A stretch of DNA of 64,000 bases, taken from the NCBI GenBank assembly GCA_011109175.1, contig RDEW01000029.1, positions 654,158 through 718,157 of the forward strand, written 5' to 3'. Both the position numbers and the translations under genes were made by a program. Positions 63,215 through 64,000 of the stretch are shown here, in pieces. Positions within the stretch are counted from its first letter, which is position 1; each line of letters starts with the position of its first letter. Below the pieces are notes generated by a model, which saw only the letters and a list, made by a program, of their open reading frames with translations, had not been told where the DNA came from and searched no databases. Origin of the DNA: Dicyema japonicum (Eukaryota > Animalia > Dicyemida).

Positions 63215-64000
63215 AGTACCACATGGTTAGGAAAGGACTGAAATTTATATTGTCTAGAAAAGAATGATTTGTTAAAAAATGAATTTCAGAATTATCCCAT
63301 ATCTGTGAAATAAAAATGAACCTTTATTAAGGAATTTCGACACTTTCAGAATTTCTTAAAAATCGTGAAAAATGGGAAAACTGAAATTTTGATTAACAAG
63401 TCAAAACAGCTGGAAAACATCATCAACTTGATAATTCCCTTGTTGAATGGATTTCAAGAATGGATGCAATCAATGGTTTTATTACTGAAGATATCATTTC
63501 AAAGCTAAAATATTTGGTGGAAAGTTAGGAATCAACAATTCTGAATTTAGTAAAGGACGCTACACAGATTTAAAGGAAGATTTAATCTTAAACTAAAAGT
63601 TCTTTATAGAGAAGCTAGAAATAAATTTTAATATGATTAAGTTAAAAGAAGTTGAGCCTGAAGTATTGATAAACACGGATGAAACTGGACTTTTTTTATT
63701 TTTCACTTCGAAAACAAATTCATCTAAAGATAGAAAGGGCATAAAGCAATCAAAAGTGAGATCACTATAGCTCTTTGTGCCAATGCAACTGGAACAATAA
63801 AAATTAAAACTTTAAAGACCAAGATGTTTAAAAGATTTTGATTTTTAAAAATATTGTACTATGCAAATAAAAGGGCTTGGATGACAACAGAATTTTTAAG
63901 GTTTTCATCAGTCATCTTAGTGATGAATCAAAATGTTACAAGTTCTTTATACGTACTGATGCACAACATAACATTTTTTATTAAAAACCAAGACATAGCG
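63215..64000 (+). mobile_element. pogo/Tigger-like transposase remnant
   Basis: INTDETGLF, GIKQSK, LCANATG, AWMT segments. Confidence 0.7.

Noticed and set aside
1-64000. CRISPR arrays, rRNA, tRNA or prokaryotic operons
   Set aside because: None seen; repeats are dispersed TE ends or two-copy tandem duplications, and genes have spliceosomal introns.

Overview
AT-rich eukaryotic (metazoan-like) draft sequence. Most of the window is decayed transposable elements: Vingi/Ingi-like 2A-APE-RT LINEs, Jockey/I-like LINEs with gag ORF1, RTE, R4/Dong-like and CRE-like RLE retrotransposons, a Helitron, and MULE, Tc1/IS630, pogo and hAT remnants. A few host genes lie between them: THOC1, XRCC6/Ku70, LSm3, a GAL3ST-like sulfotransferase, a UTP20 5' fragment and a PDZ exon. 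THOC1, Ku70, LSm3 and UTP20 are split by 20-25-nt GT-AG micro-introns, as in reduced parasites such as dicyemids or myxozoans (taxon is inferred, not established). The most notable signal is a pair of RNA-level terminal modules in the LINE population. (1) A 5' nested double pseudoknot with HDV-ribozyme-like topology and covarying P2, but a non-canonical core, lying just upstream of a 2A ribosome-skip peptide. (2) A 3' GATCAC/GTGATC stem-loop whose 5' arm encodes the terminal G-I-T-stop codons, seen at about 11 sites in otherwise divergent LINEs. A ~300-bp non-autonomous family (4 copies) carries a variant of the 3' hairpin, and two of its copies also keep the 5' structure. All analysis was by eye; no database search or folding program was run.
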